Below are positions 39,590 to 52,625 of a stretch of DNA of 64,000 nucleotides, one piece after another. The stretch is from contig NC_086108.1 in assembly GCF_963921235.1 (NCBI RefSeq), positions 25,048,001-25,112,000 of the forward strand, read 5' to 3'. Source of the stretch: Mobula hypostoma (lineage: Eukaryota). Under the pieces are notes generated by a model, which saw only the letters and a program-made list of their open reading frames with translations, searched no databases and was not told the DNA's origin. A program made the position numbers and the translations under genes. Numbering within the stretch: position 1 is the first letter of the stretch; every line of letters starts with the position of its first letter.

Positions 39590-40249
39590 GGGAGATTTAG
39601 GACAAAGCTGCAGCCAGCAGCATGAGTATCAGCGCATTCGGGATGCAGAATCAAAAAGGGTGGCAAATCCAGTAGTCAAAGTGTTATATCTCAATGCACG
39701 GAGTATTAAAATAAGGTGGATGATCTTGTTGCATTATTACAGATTGTCAGGTATGACGTTGTGGCCATCACTGAATCGTGGCTGAAGGATGGTTGTAGCT
39801 GGGAGCTGAATGTCCAAGGTTACATGTTGCATCGGAGGAATAGGAAGGTAGGCACAGGGGGTGACATGACTCTGCTGGTAAAGAATGATATCAAATCAGT
39901 AGAAAGATGTTACAGAGGATCAGAAGATGTTAAATCCTTGTAGGTTGAGTTAAGAAACCGCACAGGTAAAAAGTCCCTGATGGCAGTTATATATAGGCCT
40001 CCTAACTGTAGCTGGGATGTGGACCATAGATTACAACGGGACATGGAAAAGGCGTGTCAAAAGGGTAATGTTATGATAGCCATGGGAGATTTTAACATGC
40101 AGGTTGATTGGGAAAATTAGGTTGGTAATGGATCTCAAGAGAGTGAGTTTGTTGAATGCCTATGAGATGGCTTTTTACAGTAGCTTGTTGGTGAGCCTAC
40201 GAGGGGATCAGCTAAACTAGATCAAGTGTTATGTTATAAACTGGAGGTG
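39590..40249 (+). mobile_element. CR1-type LINE, endonuclease region (outermost layer of the nest)
   Basis: LYLNARSI, DVVAITESWL, IYRPP and MGDFN (APE endonuclease motifs). Cut off abruptly at about 40250. Confidence 0.88.
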
Positions 40250-40508
40250 ATGGTCATTTCTTGTACTTTCAGACATATTGAACAATATATCAAAAGTTGG
40301 ACTGAAACAAGTGCATGAAAAAGTAAAAAAATCTGGCGTTAAAAAATGGCCGCCAATGAAAAGAATCGGACCCACATCTTTCTTATTTTGCTATATTTCA
40401 CTGTTTCTAACAATGGTAGTGCCATAATTGTGGTATAAAATGTGAATGGGAGTACCCGCAGGGTGTGTTTTATTGCCAGAACTATGAACTATTATTTCAT
40501 GATGTCAT

Positions 40509-42345
40509 GTGATGACACATGCATTGGAGGATGACAATCCTGAGGTTCATCAGAAATTCCAGTCTGGGTTCCATGTAATCAGACGCAGCAGCCAATACTG
40601 GGTTGGCCTTGGCTCTGATCTTGTGATAGAGCAGACACTAATGCGCTCACTAAAAAGCCAAGGGGCCCTAACGCGAGGAAGTGGGATGTCAGAGCACCAG
40701 ACAGCAGCTTGGACTATGTCTTCCACTGTGTCATTCTCTTACAACCTTGCCATGCAAGAACTGACTGCAAATAGTTACACAACAGGTGAACAACATAAGG
40801 AGTTGTCCACCTCTGGAGTGAGTAGAGATGAGACTGACCCTGAAAAAGTCACAGCAAAACTGGACTGTTTCACGTCATTTGCAGATGATAAATCATTGCG
40901 CAACATCATCACAGGGGTTTATGCAAATGAGGATGTCAATGTACATGACCTGTTCGCAATAGGAAATGACATAGTTGGGAAGATGGATGGACACTCTGTT
41001 TTCTCATATTCGCACAAAAGGAGTATGAAGGTCAAAACACTAGCATCCAGCAGGGCAGTCAAAATTGCTGAAGACCATACCATAGATCCAGCGTTATTAT
41101 TCCAGAGGTTCCTAGTTGTTTCACAGACAGGTGATCTCTGGCTAGACGAAGTGATGAACTATGAACTCTGTCCATATCCGATGTCTTTGTTTGAAGCAAA
41201 GAACATCTTGCACCAGCCGGATAAGCCACAACTGGCAAAAGCAATAAAGAACTATGTCACTTCCAGACAATGTTGTCACACAGAGAGTCCCAGTGACAGA
41301 TCACTATGTTCGAGATGTGGGGGGGGTGTCACTTCTGCTCCGCTTAAAATGGACAGAGGGGTGCACCTACAATTCAGTTGCAGATGACCACGTCTCATTC
41401 ATTGTCAAGCACTATGCCAGAGCTACTGTAGAGTTTGATGGTTATGGGGTTGGGCCAAGCATAAAGGACTGTACTCATCAGCATCGAAGTAGAAATTTGA
41501 ATGCAAACAAGGTGAACATTACAGGGGTGACAAAATTTGTTGGAAAAAGGAGGACTTCTTGTCGAATGAGGCAAACAAGCAGGTAATTATCCAGCTTATC
41601 ATGGAATGTTTGCGACAGAGAAGCTGCGAAGTGATTCAAGCTGAAGGAGTGCCGACATTGAGGTCACAATGTCTGCTTTCAAATCTACCACCCTCGTTGG
41701 AAAAGACACAGATCTTCTCGTACTCTTGCTGTACCATGCAGTGGTAACAAACTGCACTGAACTCTATTTCCGCTCGGACAAGGTGAAATCAAATGCCTAT
41801 AATATCAAGTCCTTAAGCAGATACTCAGAGAAGCAGCTTATAATGATCTATTGTTTCTCCATGCCTTAACCAGTTGCAACTCAATGTCCAGAGTATTTGG
41901 GATCAGAAAGAAGTCGGGGTTTCAAAGAATCATCAAGAAAGAAAAGGGAATCAGAGACTGTTTGAAAGCGTTCTGCTCACCAAAATAAAGTCAGGTTGTT
42001 GTGGAAACCAATGGCTGCAGGGCAATGGTGGTGTCATTCAATGGAAATCAGAACGACTCCCTGGCATCTATCAGATACAATATGCTCCGCAAGAAAGTTG
42101 CGAGATCTAAGACTCTCATCACGCCTGAAAGACTGCCACCAACCACCTCGGCCTGTAAATTTTACTCACTGTGGACTTACTACCAGGTAATGGAGTGGAT
42201 GGGCCGTAGTGATGAAATGGAGCCGGCTAAGTGGGGATGGAGGGTAGAAGGAGAAAAACTCATTCCAGTGATGACAGATAAAAGGCCTGCTCCAGAGGTA
42301 CGTATTCAGATGATTCACTGCAACTGTTCAGGAGGGTGCAATACG
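40509..42345 (+). pseudogene. Academ-type protein, frameshifted; N-terminus deleted; last codons at 49409-49537
   Basis: Chain of ORFs 40509-41387, 41254-41586, 41559-41747, 41669-41869 and 42001-42345. IHCNCSGGCNT joins to LKCT.RKHGLKCT.ECGQC across the Rex insertion. Confidence 0.8.
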
Positions 42346-42769
42346 CTGACTAACAGACCCCAATCAGTTAAGTTAGACAACCTCTCCTCCTCCACTCTCA
42401 CCCTGAACACCGGCGTGCCTCAAGGCTGTGTGCTGAGCCCTCTTCTGTACTCCCTTTTCACCTATGACTGCGTTCCTGTACATGGTTCTAGCTCCATAAT
42501 CAAGTTTGCAGACGACACCATGGTGGTTGGCCTGATCAGAGGGGATGATGAGACAGCCTACAGGGATGAGGTCCAGCACCTGGCCACGTGGTGTGCCAAC
42601 AACAATCTGGCCCTTAATACCCAGAAGACCAAGGAGATTATTGTGGACTTCGGGCATGCTAGGAGCAACACTCATGTCCCATCTACATCAATGAAGCTGT
42701 AGTGGAGCATGTATCAAGCTTCAAATTCCTTGGTGTCCACATTTCTTAGGATCTCACCTGGTCCCTGAA

Positions 42770-44783
42770 GACCATAAGACAAAGGAGCAGAAGTTGGCCA
42801 TTTGGCCCATTGAGTCTGCTCCACCATTTTATCATGAGCTGATCCATTCTCCCATTTAGTCCCACTCCCCCGCCTTCTCACCATAACCTTTGATGCCCTG
42901 ACTACTCAGATACCTATCAATCTCTGCCTTAAATACACCCAATGACTTGGCCTCCACTACCGCCCATGGCAACAAATTCCATAGATTCACCACCCTCTGG
43001 CTAAAAAAACTTCTTCACATCTCTGTTCTGAATGGGTGCCCTTCAATCCTGAAGACATGCCCTTTCTTACTAGACTCCCCCATTATGGGAAACAACTTTG
43101 CCACATCCACTCTGTCCAGGCCTTTCAACATTCGAAATGTTTCTATGAGATCCCCCCTCATTCTTCTAAACTCCAAGGAATACAGTCCAAGAGCGGATAA
43201 ACATTCCTCAAATGTTAACCCTCTCATTCCTGGAATCATTCTAGTGAATCTTCTCTGTACCCTCTCCAACGTCAGCACATCCTTTCTTAAGTAAGGAGCC
43301 CAAAACTGTCCACAGTACTCCAAGTGAGGACTTACCAGCACCCTATAGAGCCTCAACATCACATCCCTGCTCCTATACTCTACTCCTCTAGAAATGAATG
43401 CCAACATTACATTCGCCTTCTTCACCACCGACTCAACCTGGAGGTTAACCTGAAGGGTATCCTGCACGAGGACTCCCAAGTCCCATTGCGTCTCAGAACT
43501 TTGAATTCTCTCCCCATTTAAATAATACTCTGCCATTTATTTTTCCTGCCAAAGTGCGTAACCATACACTTTCCAACATTGTACTTCATTTGCCACTTCT
43601 CTGCCCATTCTTCCAATCTATCCAAGTCTCTCTGCAGACTCTCCGTTTCCTCAGCACTACCGGCCCCTCCACCTATCTTTGTATCATCAGCAAACTTAAC
43701 CATAAAGCCATCTATTCCATAATCCAAATCATTGATGTACAACATAAGAAGCGGCCCCAATACGGACCCCTGCGCAACACCGCTGGTGACCGGCAGCCAA
43801 ACAGAATGGGATCTCTTTATTCCCATTCTCTGTTTCCTGCCAATCAGCCAGCACTCTATTCCATGGGCTCCTATCTTGTTTAGCAGCCTCATGTGTGGCA
43901 CCTTGTCAAAGGCCTTCTAAAAATCCAAATATACAACATCCACTGCATCTCCCTTGTCTAGCCTACTTGTAATTTCCTCAAAAAATTGTAATAGGTTTGT
44001 CAGGCAGGATTTTCCTTTAAGGAAACCATGCTGAGTTCTGTCTATCTTGTCATATGCCTCCAGGTACTCCGTAACCTCATCCTTGACAATCGACTCCAAC
44101 AACTTCCCAACCACCGATGTCAAGCTAACAGGTCTATGATTTCCTTTTTCCTTTTCTTAAATAGCGGGTTGACATTTGAAATCTTCATTCCTTCGGAACC
44201 ATGCCAGAATCTATTGACTTTTGAAAGATCATTGTCAATGCCTCTGCAATCTTCACGGTTACTTCCTTCAGAAGACGAGGGTGCATTCCATCTGGTCCGA
44301 GAGATTTATCTACCCCTAGACTATTCAGCTTCCTGAGTACTTTCTCTGTCGTAATTGTGACTGCGCACACTTCTCTTCTCTGCCATCCTTGAGTGTCCAG
44401 TATACTGCTGATGCCTTCCTCAGTGAAGACTGATGCAAAATAATAGTTCAGTTCCTCCGCCATCTCCTTACCTCCCATTAAATTTTCTCCAGCATCATTT
44501 TCTATCGGTCCTGTATCTACTCTCACCTGTCTTTTAGTCTTTATATACTTGAAAAAGCTTTTAGTATCCTCTTTGATATTATTTGCTAGCTTCCTTTCGT
44601 AGTTCATCTTTTCCCTCTTAATGACCTTCTTAGTTTCCTTTCGTAAGCTTTTAAAAACTTCCCAATCCTCTGTCTTCCCAATAATTTTTGCTTCCTTGTA
44701 TGCCCTCTCCTTTGCTTTAACTTTGGCTTTGACTTCTCTCGTCAGCCACGGTTGCATCCTTTTTCCATTTGAAAATTTCTTGA
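42770..44783 (-). mobile_element. CR1-type LINE nested in Rex
   Basis: ORFs 43015-43536, 43518-43901, 43917-44123 and 44185-44796. TGAA occurs on both flanks. Same subfamily as 10684-12244. Confidence 0.95.
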
Positions 44784-45027
44784 TGAACTCTTCCATCCTG
44801 ATCGAAAAGGCACAAAAGTGTCTTTATTTCCTGCGGAGCATCAAGAAAGCTCACCTCTGAGAGACTTCCGGTGGTGCTCATGGAGTGAGATCTGTTTTAG
44901 ATCCGCTCCATTACCTCTGATCCTTATCCTATGATCAGCTACATTTAAGCTAACTTTTAAGGCACCGACCTTTACAATACCTTGCAGTTGATTGTCATTA
45001 TATATGTGGATGTTTTTAAGGTCCGGT

Positions 45028-45825
45028 ATGTCTAAGAAGGGGAAAAATGGCAAACCTCCTGTCAGACCGAAAGGTACTGACCTCCCTCCTGTTGAACCGG
45101 CGGTAACTATGCAAGCTATATCGGATTTGATCCATGCGGAGATTTCATCTAAACCGGAGAGAATCGTCGATGATAATGGTAAGATAAAACAACTATCACG
45201 GAACATCAGATTGCTATATCTAATCTCAAAGTTCATACGCAACAGAATGAACTCAAAATGGGAAAAATTGAAGAAACAATTAGAACAATGAAGAAAAAAC
45301 TTGAATTCCTTAACTTTAATAATTCCGATTCAAAATGTAGAACGCGTCGTCAGAATATAAGAATTATCGGACTCAAAGAAGGCGCCGAATCTGAAGACCC
45401 TATTAAGTTTTTCTCTCAACTTTTAGAAGATTCATTTCCCACCTTGTTTCCTGATCAACCACCACTATTGGACAGGGCTCACAGAGTCCCATCATATTCG
45501 TCTAACTCAGACAAGCCTTGGCATGATATTCTACCATTTCATTATTTTCAAGACAAGGAAAAGTTGCTTCGTTTTGCTCGACCTAAAGTCTACATTGATT
45601 TCTCGGATCTCCGCTTTCGATTGGTTGAGGATTTTAGCAAACAGGTTCGCGACCAACTGTTTGTTACAGATCTGTGATGGTGCAATTCTACAAGATGGAT
45701 TTAAAACCAGTTCTGCAATATCCCGCACGTTTGCGGATCCGATTGTCTGATAGGTCTTCCCGTTTTTTCGACTCTCCGTCGGAAGCCCAGAGTTACCTGG
45801 ATCAACTTTCGCCTTCAACATCCTA
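45028..45825 (+). pseudogene. L1 ORF1 (coiled coil + RRM), frameshifted
   Basis: MSKKGKNGK..., RRQNIRIIGLKEGAE and LDRAHR motifs. Confidence 0.85.
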
Positions 45826-46511
45826 ATCGCACTATTAAATCATCAGTGCCTGATTGGAGGGTGTTAATCTGTTGGGTTTTATTTTCTTTTTTCTTTTTAT
45901 GCTCTATCTAAGGCAGAAATGTTTTTTCATTTAATCAATATGGTTGCCAAACTCTTTTTTAACTGCGTCATTCCTTCTTCTTCCCTGGGGATTCTGGGTG
46001 GCCACTCCCACAGCATCATTTTTCGCACATACCTGGAGGCCTTAAACTTTGTAATTTTTTTTGCTAGTCTATGCAGATATTTCATCCCCTTTCCTAATTA
46101 TACGGTTTGGTATATGTCAACCGTTTTTTTTATATATCTATTTTTTCTTTGTATTACATCGTTTTCATCGTAATCGGTGTACTTTTTGATTTTTTTCACT
46201 ATTCTACTGTTTTACAATTTTAGTTGATGTTTTTCTATGTACACTTTTTTATTGAGTGTCTTTCGGAAGTCATGGGGCTAGATTTTGTGCTTGCTTCTAT
46301 CTGCCTAGTCTATTTTAGATTTAGCTTTGGGGTGATGGAGTGGGGGTGGGGGGCTTCACTTTTTAGTTTTTTCTTCCTGGGCTACTCATATATTATTGAA
46401 GTATTTTTCACGTCCTCTTTCTGGTTATCTCATGTTTACTCTGTTCCCTTTCCGGGTTCGTGGGTTGAACCTATTATCAGTCCTCCCTTTTGAGGGTTGA
46501 CTTTAGGGGTT

Positions 46512-48954
46512 ATGGATTCTACTATTAATTTTGTCTCTTGGAATACTAACGGTCTTAATCATCCAATGAAAAGGAAAAAAATCTTCAAAGTATTCTGGAG
46601 ACTTAATGCACATATTCTATTTGTACAAGAGACCCATGTGCGGAAGGGGAACAGATTACGTTTTTTTAAGTTCTGGAAGTAAAACAATATCACTCGAACT
46701 CCAATGCCAAAATTAGAGGAGTTTATATTTTCATAGATCCCTCAATTATATTTGTGCAACAGGATACTATCTCTGATCCGAATGGTAGAGTTTTACTGAT
46801 TAGTAGTTTACTCTTTAATAAAAAGGTAGTTCTGGTCAACATTTATGCTCCAAACTCGGACTGTCCAGAATTTTATAAATCGTTATTTAATATGTTCCTG
46901 AATTTGAATGAGTTTTCACTAATCTGGTGTGGAGATCTTAATACTTGTTTATCCCCATTATTGGGTCGTTCGGGCCCTATACGGACTGTACCCAATAAAT
47001 CCGCAACCTTGATTAATTCATTTCTCTCAGATTCGGGGTCGACGGACATTTGGCAGTTTGTACATCCCCAGGAAAAAGACTTCTCTTCTTTTTCACATGT
47101 TCATCACTCTTACTCAAGAATTTACTATTTTTTTACTGACTCTCGTCTTATTTCTTCAGTAGTTAAATGTGAATATGACTCCATAACCATTTTGGACCAT
47201 GCTCCGCTTAAGCTTTCTATTAAATTATTGGCCAATGCTCATAATAATAGACAATGGCATTTTAATCTGCTGTTGCTTCAGGACTTGGATTTTGTTAACT
47301 TCATGAATGAACAGATTGATCATTTTTTTACAATTAACAGTACAGAGGATATAACCATAAACACCCTTTGGGATACTTTTAAAGCTTATATTCATGGCCA
47401 GATCATTTAGTACTCTGTTGCTTTGAGGAAAAGGTTGAAGAAGGAAGAGCTTGCTCTTGCGGACAAGATTAAGGAAATAGATAAGAAATATGCTACAGCT
47501 CTGTCTGAGAAGCTGTATAAACAAAGAACTGAACTTCAAATGGAACACAGTTTATTACTTTCGTCCTCTATTGCAAATCAATTAATGAAGACAAGAAGGG
47601 AATTTTATATATATAGTGACAACTTGGTAAACTGTTGGCTAATCAGTTGAAGACTAACTCCATTAAATTTCAAATTAATCAGATTTATAATCAAAAAGAT
47701 CAACTGATGTTTGATCAAGCTGAGATTAATCAATCCTTCTTTGATTTTTATTCCTCTTTATATCAATCAGAATCTCCATGAGATTCTAAACATATGTGTG
47801 ACTTTTTAGATAACCTAGACTTCCCTAAGATTTCACACGATATATGTTCGATGTTAGAAACTTCCTTCACTACTGACGAGATTAAGAATGTTATTTTTTC
47901 TATGAACTCGGGGAAAGCTCCTGGCCCTGATGGATTTACCGTGGAATTTTTAAAATCTTTTGTACCCTCATTAGTCCCCTGGTTATCCAGGGTTCTGGAG
48001 GCCTCATTAAAACTTGATAAACTACCAGAATGCTTTTATAGAGCATTGATCTCTTTAATATTAGAGAAGGATAAAGATCCCGCTCAATGTGCATCGTATT
48101 GACCAATATCCTTGTTAAATGTTAGCTCAAAGATTTTTTTCTAAATTATTAGCAAATAGACCAGAAAAAGCACTTCCTTATATTATTTCGGAAGACCAAA
48201 CGGGTTTTATTAAAAATCGCTATTCTTTTTATAATATTTGTACACTTTTAAATATTGTCTATACCCCGTCACAAAACAATCCTGAATGTGTCATTTCCCT
48301 AGACGCTGAAAAAGCCTTTGACTAGGTCGAATGGCCCTACTTATTTAAGGTGCTTGAAATGTTTAACTTCAGCCTGAAATTTATATCCTGGATCAGATTG
48401 TTATATCATTCTCCTATGGTCTCAGTTCGTACTAACTCTTTAAATTCACCTTTTTTTCCTCTTTTTCGAGGTACCAGACAAGGTTGTCGTCTTAGCTCTT
48501 TATTATTTGATATAGCATTAGAACCACTTGCAATTGCTATTCGAGAATCTCCTAACATTATTGGTATAACTCGTGGGTTAAAGTCTCATAAAGTATCACT
48601 TTATGCTGATGACTTATTCTTATATATTTCCAATCCTCAAAAATCTATCCCAGCAGCTTTAGATTTATTAGCACTAAATTGTCTTTTTTCAGGATACAAA
48701 TTAAATCTTAATAAGAGTGAACTTTTCCCTATTAATACGCAAGTTCCCTTATATCAGAACCTGCTGTTTAGATTGGTTAATAATCATTTTTCATATCTTG
48801 GGATTAAAATTACATGTAAGCATAAAGATTTATTTAAGACTAATTACTTAGTCTTAATTGACAATATTACACAACTTTCCCTTAAATGGTCTCCACTTTA
48901 TTTAACTTTGACTGGTCGTATTAATGCTGTTAATATGTTTATTCTGCCAAAATT
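46512..48954 (+). pseudogene. L1 ORF2 (endonuclease + reverse transcriptase), disrupted and truncated
   Basis: SWNTNGLN, QETH, NIYAPN, GDLN, DH, KAPGPDGF, LDAEKAFD, GTRQGC and SLYADD motifs. Confidence 0.92.
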
Positions 48955-49923
48955 CTGTAGCGCCTACCGGATGGGAGGAGAGTAAAAATTGGGTGGGATA
49001 ATCCGATTATTCCACCCAATTGCTGACCATTGAGAACATCTACCATAAACACTGCCTGGGCAGGGTGAAAATTATTATCAAGGATGCATCTCACCCTAAC
49101 CATGCACTTCTTACTCTCCTCCCATCCTGTAGGCGCTACAGGAGCTTCCGCTCCAAAAACCAGCAGGCACAGGAAGAGCTTCTTCCCTGAGGCTGTGACC
49201 CTGCTGAACCTCACATCACAGCACTTAGTAGTATTGCACCCATATTGTACTGTCTCACTACTTTTATATTTGTGTGTTGTAACACTTACTTTTTATTCGC
49301 AGTTATTTTGTAAATAATACTATTCTTTGCATTTCTGGTTAGATGCTAACTGCATTTCATTGGCTTTGTATCTGTACTCGGTGCAATGACAATAAAGTTG
49401 AATCTAATCTAAAGTGTACCCGCAGAAAGCATGGGCTGAAATGCACCTGTGAATGTGGGCAATGCCAAGGTGGCAACTATGACAATATGGCAAATGAGCC
49501 AGTGATAAAAGAGGATGATGAGCAAGACTGCATCTGAGAAGCCATAAGGTCGCATATTATGTGTCATGATGTCAGTACTTAATACCAGAGTTGTCCCTTG
49601 ATTGCGTCATTGATGACGTCATGATGTCAGTACAAATGCAACTTTCATTCCAGGAAGTACTGTTATTTGAAAAACATTGGTGAAAAGAGCATACATTAAA
49701 ACATCAAGTTTAAAAAACTTGCAATTTAATGGTTATCAGTCGGAATTTTGACATTTTTCTGCTGGTGGCCATCTTGTTTGTTGATGTCATTTTTGGAGAT
49801 TTTCCTGTGTGTCAAAATTGTCCAACTTTTGCTATGTTATTCTTCACATCGAATAATACAATAAATGATCATAAAACTTTTTTTGCAATTTTTTTGAGGT
49901 TAGGTGGTATATTGACCCGCCTA

Positions 49924-50122
49924 GGCATCTGTGGAGGCCAGGTCATTGGTGTATTTAAGGTAGAGCTTGATAGGTTCTTGATTGGACATGACATCAAATG
50001 TTAGGGGGAGAAGGCTGGGGAGTGGGGCTGAGGAGAGGAAGAAAAGGGTCAGCCATAATTGAATGGCAGAGCAGACTTGATAGGCCATATGGCTTAATTC
50101 TGCTCCTATGTCTTATGGTCTT
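49924..50122 (+). mobile_element. CR1 3' end (probable continuation of 39590-40249)
   Basis: GVFKVELDRFL and a TCTTATGG tail, in the same orientation as the endonuclease piece. Confidence 0.8.
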
Positions 50123-52625
50123 AAGATAATCATATTATTTTATATTCTTATGTTTCCACATTGCATGTCTGAATGGTTCCAAAGCTTAATTGGCATTTAA
50201 GCACAGAATAACTTACATCTGCACCCTGACCTAATGGGTCTTAAAACTTCTCACTGTACATCCAGAGAGAATGTTTCATTATCATCGCCTGTTGCTTCCT
50301 TTCTTGGCCTACTCCATTTATTGTGGTTCTGCCTGCAACATGCCTAGATTGTATATTATGCAGAACAGTGTAGAGAACCCAGAGGCCTTCAGAAGCACGA
50401 CAAAGGCCTCCTGAGCAATGCAGCTTCAGAATCACACTCTCCACAATACTTATAGTAACCCTGTAGCATAGGCTGTATTTATGATCTTCAGTGAAATTAG
50501 TATTCTGAATGATGCCAAGAAGCAAAGGTGAAATGGATAGCCTTCATCAACTGGATGTCTCTGTGACCAGTGCATTGAGCAAAATAAAGTGACATGTTAA
50601 ACTGCCTCAGAATGAGCCATGTAAAATCCCAGATGCAAGACATTGACTGGTGGTGGTTACAGATTTAAAGGAATCATGCCTCAGCTACCTGTTGTTTTAA
50701 GCAAAAGCTTGACAAGGCTTCATCTCTGAAATGGAACAAAATGACCAAAGTTATGGTAGCTTTACACTCTATATCTGGGCTGCAGAGCTGTACTCCAATG
50801 GCCTCTTCAGCAAACCTACTAGTGATTGATGATCATACCAAGTGGAGGAATTGTAAGACTGGTCACTGCTATTCAGACTTGATATGTTAAACGTGGTCCA
50901 CAGTAAGTGGAAATTTCATATGTTTGAATACATTACGCAGAGGAACCACCAGCTATGCACAATGGTTGATATTCCTGTATGTTCTTTGTGCACAGTTTAC
51001 ACATGAGACAGTGTGTTTCAAAGGTATCATAATGCAGAAAACTAAGGTATTGATGTTACACTACAATGCAATCCTACAGCATTTACATGGTGTCTGTTTT
51101 CCAAAGGAATTTTCAGGCCTAATTTTCTGTCCACTTGCTTATGGAATTTGCAAGGTGGAAAATGCTGGCTCCTGCCCGAATTATAATGCAGTACATTTTC
51201 CTCCAGTGTCTGTTTCTTTTATTTTTCTGCTTGGTTGAATTCATGCTGCAATCTAATGAATATTTCCTTGTGATGTAACTTTCTTTAACTAGCCTGGCAT
51301 ATCAGGAAATGTAATTTCTGTGTTTTTATTATATACAAGAATATGTGCCACTAAATAAATTACAAGGAAACAGTTCAAACTAATGGCTAAATTGATAGAT
51401 ATTTAAGGTTTCACTTTCTGGTTTTACACTGTCCATAACACATTCATTTAATAAGGTTTAAAATGACTATTATAATCAAAAAATCTAGACTGCAAAGCCA
51501 TTTCTCCATTTATATTGAGGTCTCTAACCCACTTACATAACGCACATTGAAAAATATCAATTGCACTGGTGTATGTGTTTTTAAATGCTCAGGCATTGAT
51601 CTCATGTGAAATACTGATCAGCAGTAGCAGCTGGGAACTAATCGTGCTCATTGTATGATGCACTGTACAGTGGTACTGGAATGTTTGGGAATCCTTCAGG
51701 ATTTTCTCTATTCCTGCACAAGTATGACCTAATGTAATCAGATCTTCACAAAAGTCCTAAAACCAGATGAAAAGAAAAACATTATACTTGTTCATTTATT
51801 TATTGAGAAAAATGATCCAATGTATTTCCATGTACATCCATGTATTTGATGGAAAAATATGTGAACCTCTGGGGTAATGCCTTCTACAAAAGCTATTTGG
51901 AGTCAGGTGTTCCAATCAATGAGATGAGGTTGGAGGTGAGTGTTATAGAGGTACCCTGGCCTATAAAAAAGACGCACAAATTCAGGCGACTGACAGAGCC
52001 TGCACTTCTCAAGAAAGGTCTGTTTATGTGCACCATGTCTCAATCAAAACAACTTTCAGAGGACCTTAGAAGATGAATCGTAGAGATGCATGAAGCTGAA
52101 AAAGGCTACAACAGCATTTCTAAAGACCTGAGTGTTCATAAGTCCACCATAAGAGAAATTGTCTACAATTGTCTACAATTGTCTCAGTACTTTTGCTACT
52201 CTCCCTAGGAGTGGACATCTTGCAAAAATCACACTAAGAGCACAACATGCAATGCTGAAGCAGGTGAAAATGAACTCAAGAGTAACAGCAAAAGACATGC
52301 AGACATCTCTAGAACTTTCAAAAGTCTCTGTTATGTGTCCACTGTAAGATAAAAACTGAACAAGAATGGTGTTCATGGAAGGACACCATGGAGGAAACCA
52401 CTACTCTCCAAAACAAAAGATTGCTGCACGCGTCAAGTTTACAAAAGACCACCTGGATGTTCCACAATGCTTCTGGGACAATATTCTGTGGACAGATAAG
52501 AAAATGACTGAACATTTTTGGCAGAAATTCACATTGCTATATTTGCAGGAAAAAGGGCACTGCACACCAACACCAAAACCTCATCCCAACCGTGAAGCAT
52601 GGTGGAAGGAGCATCATGGTTTGGG

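Larger units (their letters stand above)
44859..48954 (+). mobile_element. L1-clade LINE, 5' end present and 3' end deleted
   Basis: Starts GAGAGACTTCCGGT. Contains ORF1, a T-rich spacer and ORF2 (APE + RT), all disrupted. Confidence 0.92.
42346..49408 (+). mobile_element. Rex/Babar-type LINE in three pieces (42346-42769, 44784-44858, about 49013-49408)
   Basis: TGVPQGCVLSPLL and IKFADDT; TWSLN|SSILIEKAQKCLYFLR; IIKDASHP. (AATCT)n tail. Confidence 0.9.
40250..49923 (+). mobile_element. Academ (AcademX-type) DNA transposon with nested insertions
   Basis: Transposase-like D.VIEQTLMRSLK, XPG/PIN-like FDGY...DTDLLVLL, LPPT..Y.QV..W and a split Cys-rich finger. The right terminus ends ...GACCCGCCTA (TAG on the reverse strand). 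Imperfect inverted ends at 40250-40362 and 49755-49872. Confidence 0.75.

Noticed and set aside
42001..42702. 233-aa ORF appearing to fuse a Cys-rich protein to an RT
   Set aside because: It is a chance in-frame junction between the Academ ORF and the inserted Rex LINE. Both parts are otherwise disrupted.
46224..46493. Hydrophobic, membrane-like ORFs between L1 ORF1 and ORF2
   Set aside because: They are a by-product of the T-rich inter-ORF spacer, with no support for coding.
52157..52186. AATTGTCTAC near-triplication in the Tc1 transposase
   Set aside because: It is a local slippage mutation in a dead gene, not a functional array.
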